64,000 nucleotides of DNA. Origin: Lepidodermella squamata. Taxonomy: Eukaryota > Animalia > Gastrotricha. The first letter of the stretch is position 1; each line of letters opens with the position of its first letter. Positions 62,473-64,000 of the stretch are shown piece by piece. A program made the position numbers and the translations under genes. Under the pieces are notes generated by a model that made no database searches, had not been told where the DNA came from, and worked only from the letters and a program-made list of their open reading frames with translations. The DNA lies in assembly GCA_047495785.1 (NCBI GenBank), contig JBLDXI010000020.1:310001-374000 (forward strand), read 5' to 3'.

Positions 62473-64000
62473 ACAACAGCAGCAACAACAACAGCAGCAG
62501 CAACAGCAGCAGCATGCTCAGCAAATGTCCGGTCAGTACCGACAGTTCCCCGGCCAAGGCCAGTATGTTCAGTTCCAACAAAATCCACAGCAAGGCCAGC
62601 AAGCTACCGTTCTCATACATACCGGACAGGGCCAAGTCGCTCCTGCTCAAATTATTCGGCAGCCAGCCTTCAATGTTGTCAGAGGTCAGCTTCCTCCGGA
62701 ACACGTTGCCGCAATGCAGGGTCAGCAATTTCGACCCAACGCGCCCAGACCTGGTGTTATGACCACTCAGCAACCACCACAGCAAATGGTACAGCATGGC
62801 CAGATGATTGCTCAGCAGCCTCGTCAGCAATTTCCGCCCGGCCAGGCAGTTTTGCTAGCTCAGCAGGGCCCACCTCAGCCTAATATGGTTATGGGTCAAG
62901 CCAGCAACATAGTTATTGGATCGAAAGTACAGCAGGCTGCAGCGGCTGCTCAGCAACAGCGCCGCCAAGTTGCCCAGCAACCACAAGTTCGTCCTCAAAT
63001 GGAACTAGCTCCTCAACAAGCACAACAGCAGCTTGTTTATGCCACAGTGCCTGGTGGGAAAATGGAACCTCAGCAGCAACAGCAACAATTTTTTCAACAG
63101 CAGCAGCAACAGTTTCAGCCCCAGCAACAAGTTGCTCCTCAGCATTTACAGCCTGGATTTCAACAAGGTCCCCAACCGCCACAGGGGCAACAGATGATGC
63201 AAGGAATTCCCCAGCAACCTCCTCAGCCTCAATTCGTTACGATGCCGCCACAGCAAGGACCTCCCCAACAACAGCAATCAAGCGCTTTACCTCGTCAAAA
63301 CCGATCGTTCAACACTGGAATTGCTAGTCCGGCGATGGCGGTCCCTGCACCTTCTACTGGGCCATCGCCTCTTGGTCCAAAGGGCGGCCCTGGTTCCGTT
63401 GGACCAGTAGCGGCAATGTCCCCAATGGTGCCAATGGTAGCTCAGCAGGCTCCTATACCCCAACCGCAGCCTGCTCCGATTCCTCATCCGCCTATGGAGC
63501 CGCAACAACATCAGGTTCCACCTAACATCAATGCTCAAGTTGTTCAACAGCAGCAGCAAGCTAGTCAAGAAGAAATCGCTGAAAAATTGAAGCAATTAGC
63601 CAAGTACAAAGAGCCCTTACGCATGCTGATCGAAACGTATGAAGGCCACAAGGACAACTCATCAACTATGAACAAAATGAAGCGCATTCTGGATATTATA
63701 TCTGGTCAGGGGTGCGAAAGTATGGCGATTTTGCGAAAATGTGAAGAGGCATGCATTCAAGTTGTCGCACGTTACTGTCCCGAGCCATCAGTAAACCAAA
63801 TATTTTCTAATGCTTTGTCGAAACTTGTCGTCGCCGCCGAAAATATCGCCTCACAGAATCCTCAGATTGCCAGCAGTGCACCCGAAGCTTTTTCACGCAT
63901 TTCAGCGAAAGCTTTCAGTGGCGTTTCTATTGATTCCAACTCTTACGACGCTGCTGACTTGGGTGACGAATGGAATAAAAAATTACAATCTGTTAATCGG
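62225..64000 (+). CDS. MED15: Mediator subunit 15, 5' part (runs off the window)
   Basis: KIX-like start (FRDNIVRQLQEEM...VEQYIYDTIHSKEEYLEKVGKMIL), long Q/P-rich region, then EKLKQLAKYKEPLRMLI..MNKMKRILDII..LRKCEEA typical of MED15; no stop before 64000. Confidence 0.85.
62444..62512 (+). repeat. CAG/CAA repeat encoding 23 Gln
   Basis: Uninterrupted mixed CAG/CAA run in MED15. Confidence 0.9.

Noticed and set aside
62388-63595. Poly-Leu, poly-Val/Ala and poly-Ser/Asn ORFs
   Set aside because: Alternative-frame readings of the MED15 CAG/CAA repeats.

Overview
Gene-dense window from a compact-genome invertebrate animal (GT-AG spliceosomal introns mostly 50-60 nt; the taxon cannot be assigned from this window). 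Host genes in order: ZNHIT2(+), RPL4(-), a membrane adenylyl cyclase homolog lacking key catalytic residues(+), a PLC-like (PLCL/PRIP) gene(-), TSEN34(+) abutting ETFA(+), Islet LIM-homeobox(+), a large secreted Cys-rich repeat protein(-), GEMIN8(-), a small secreted coiled-coil gene built from symmetric micro-exons that is absent from the ORF track(-), then a ~10 kb transposon block, followed by ERCC8/CSA, an IolG-like inositol dehydrogenase, PTPN9 and the 5' part of MED15 (all +). The transposon block holds two head-to-tail 3' fragments of non-LTR retroelements and an apparently intact 7.7 kb Mutator-like DNA transposon (174-bp TIRs, 8-bp TSD ACGCAAGC) encoding a 10-exon DDE/SWIM transposase plus a second, unrecognised 3-exon gene. 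Most interesting: the two-gene MULE, the micro-exon gene, splice acceptors just upstream of nearly every host start codon together with very short same-strand spacers (possible trans-splicing/operons), and the pseudo-cyclase. All gene models were built by hand from sequence and recalled family motifs; no database searches were run.
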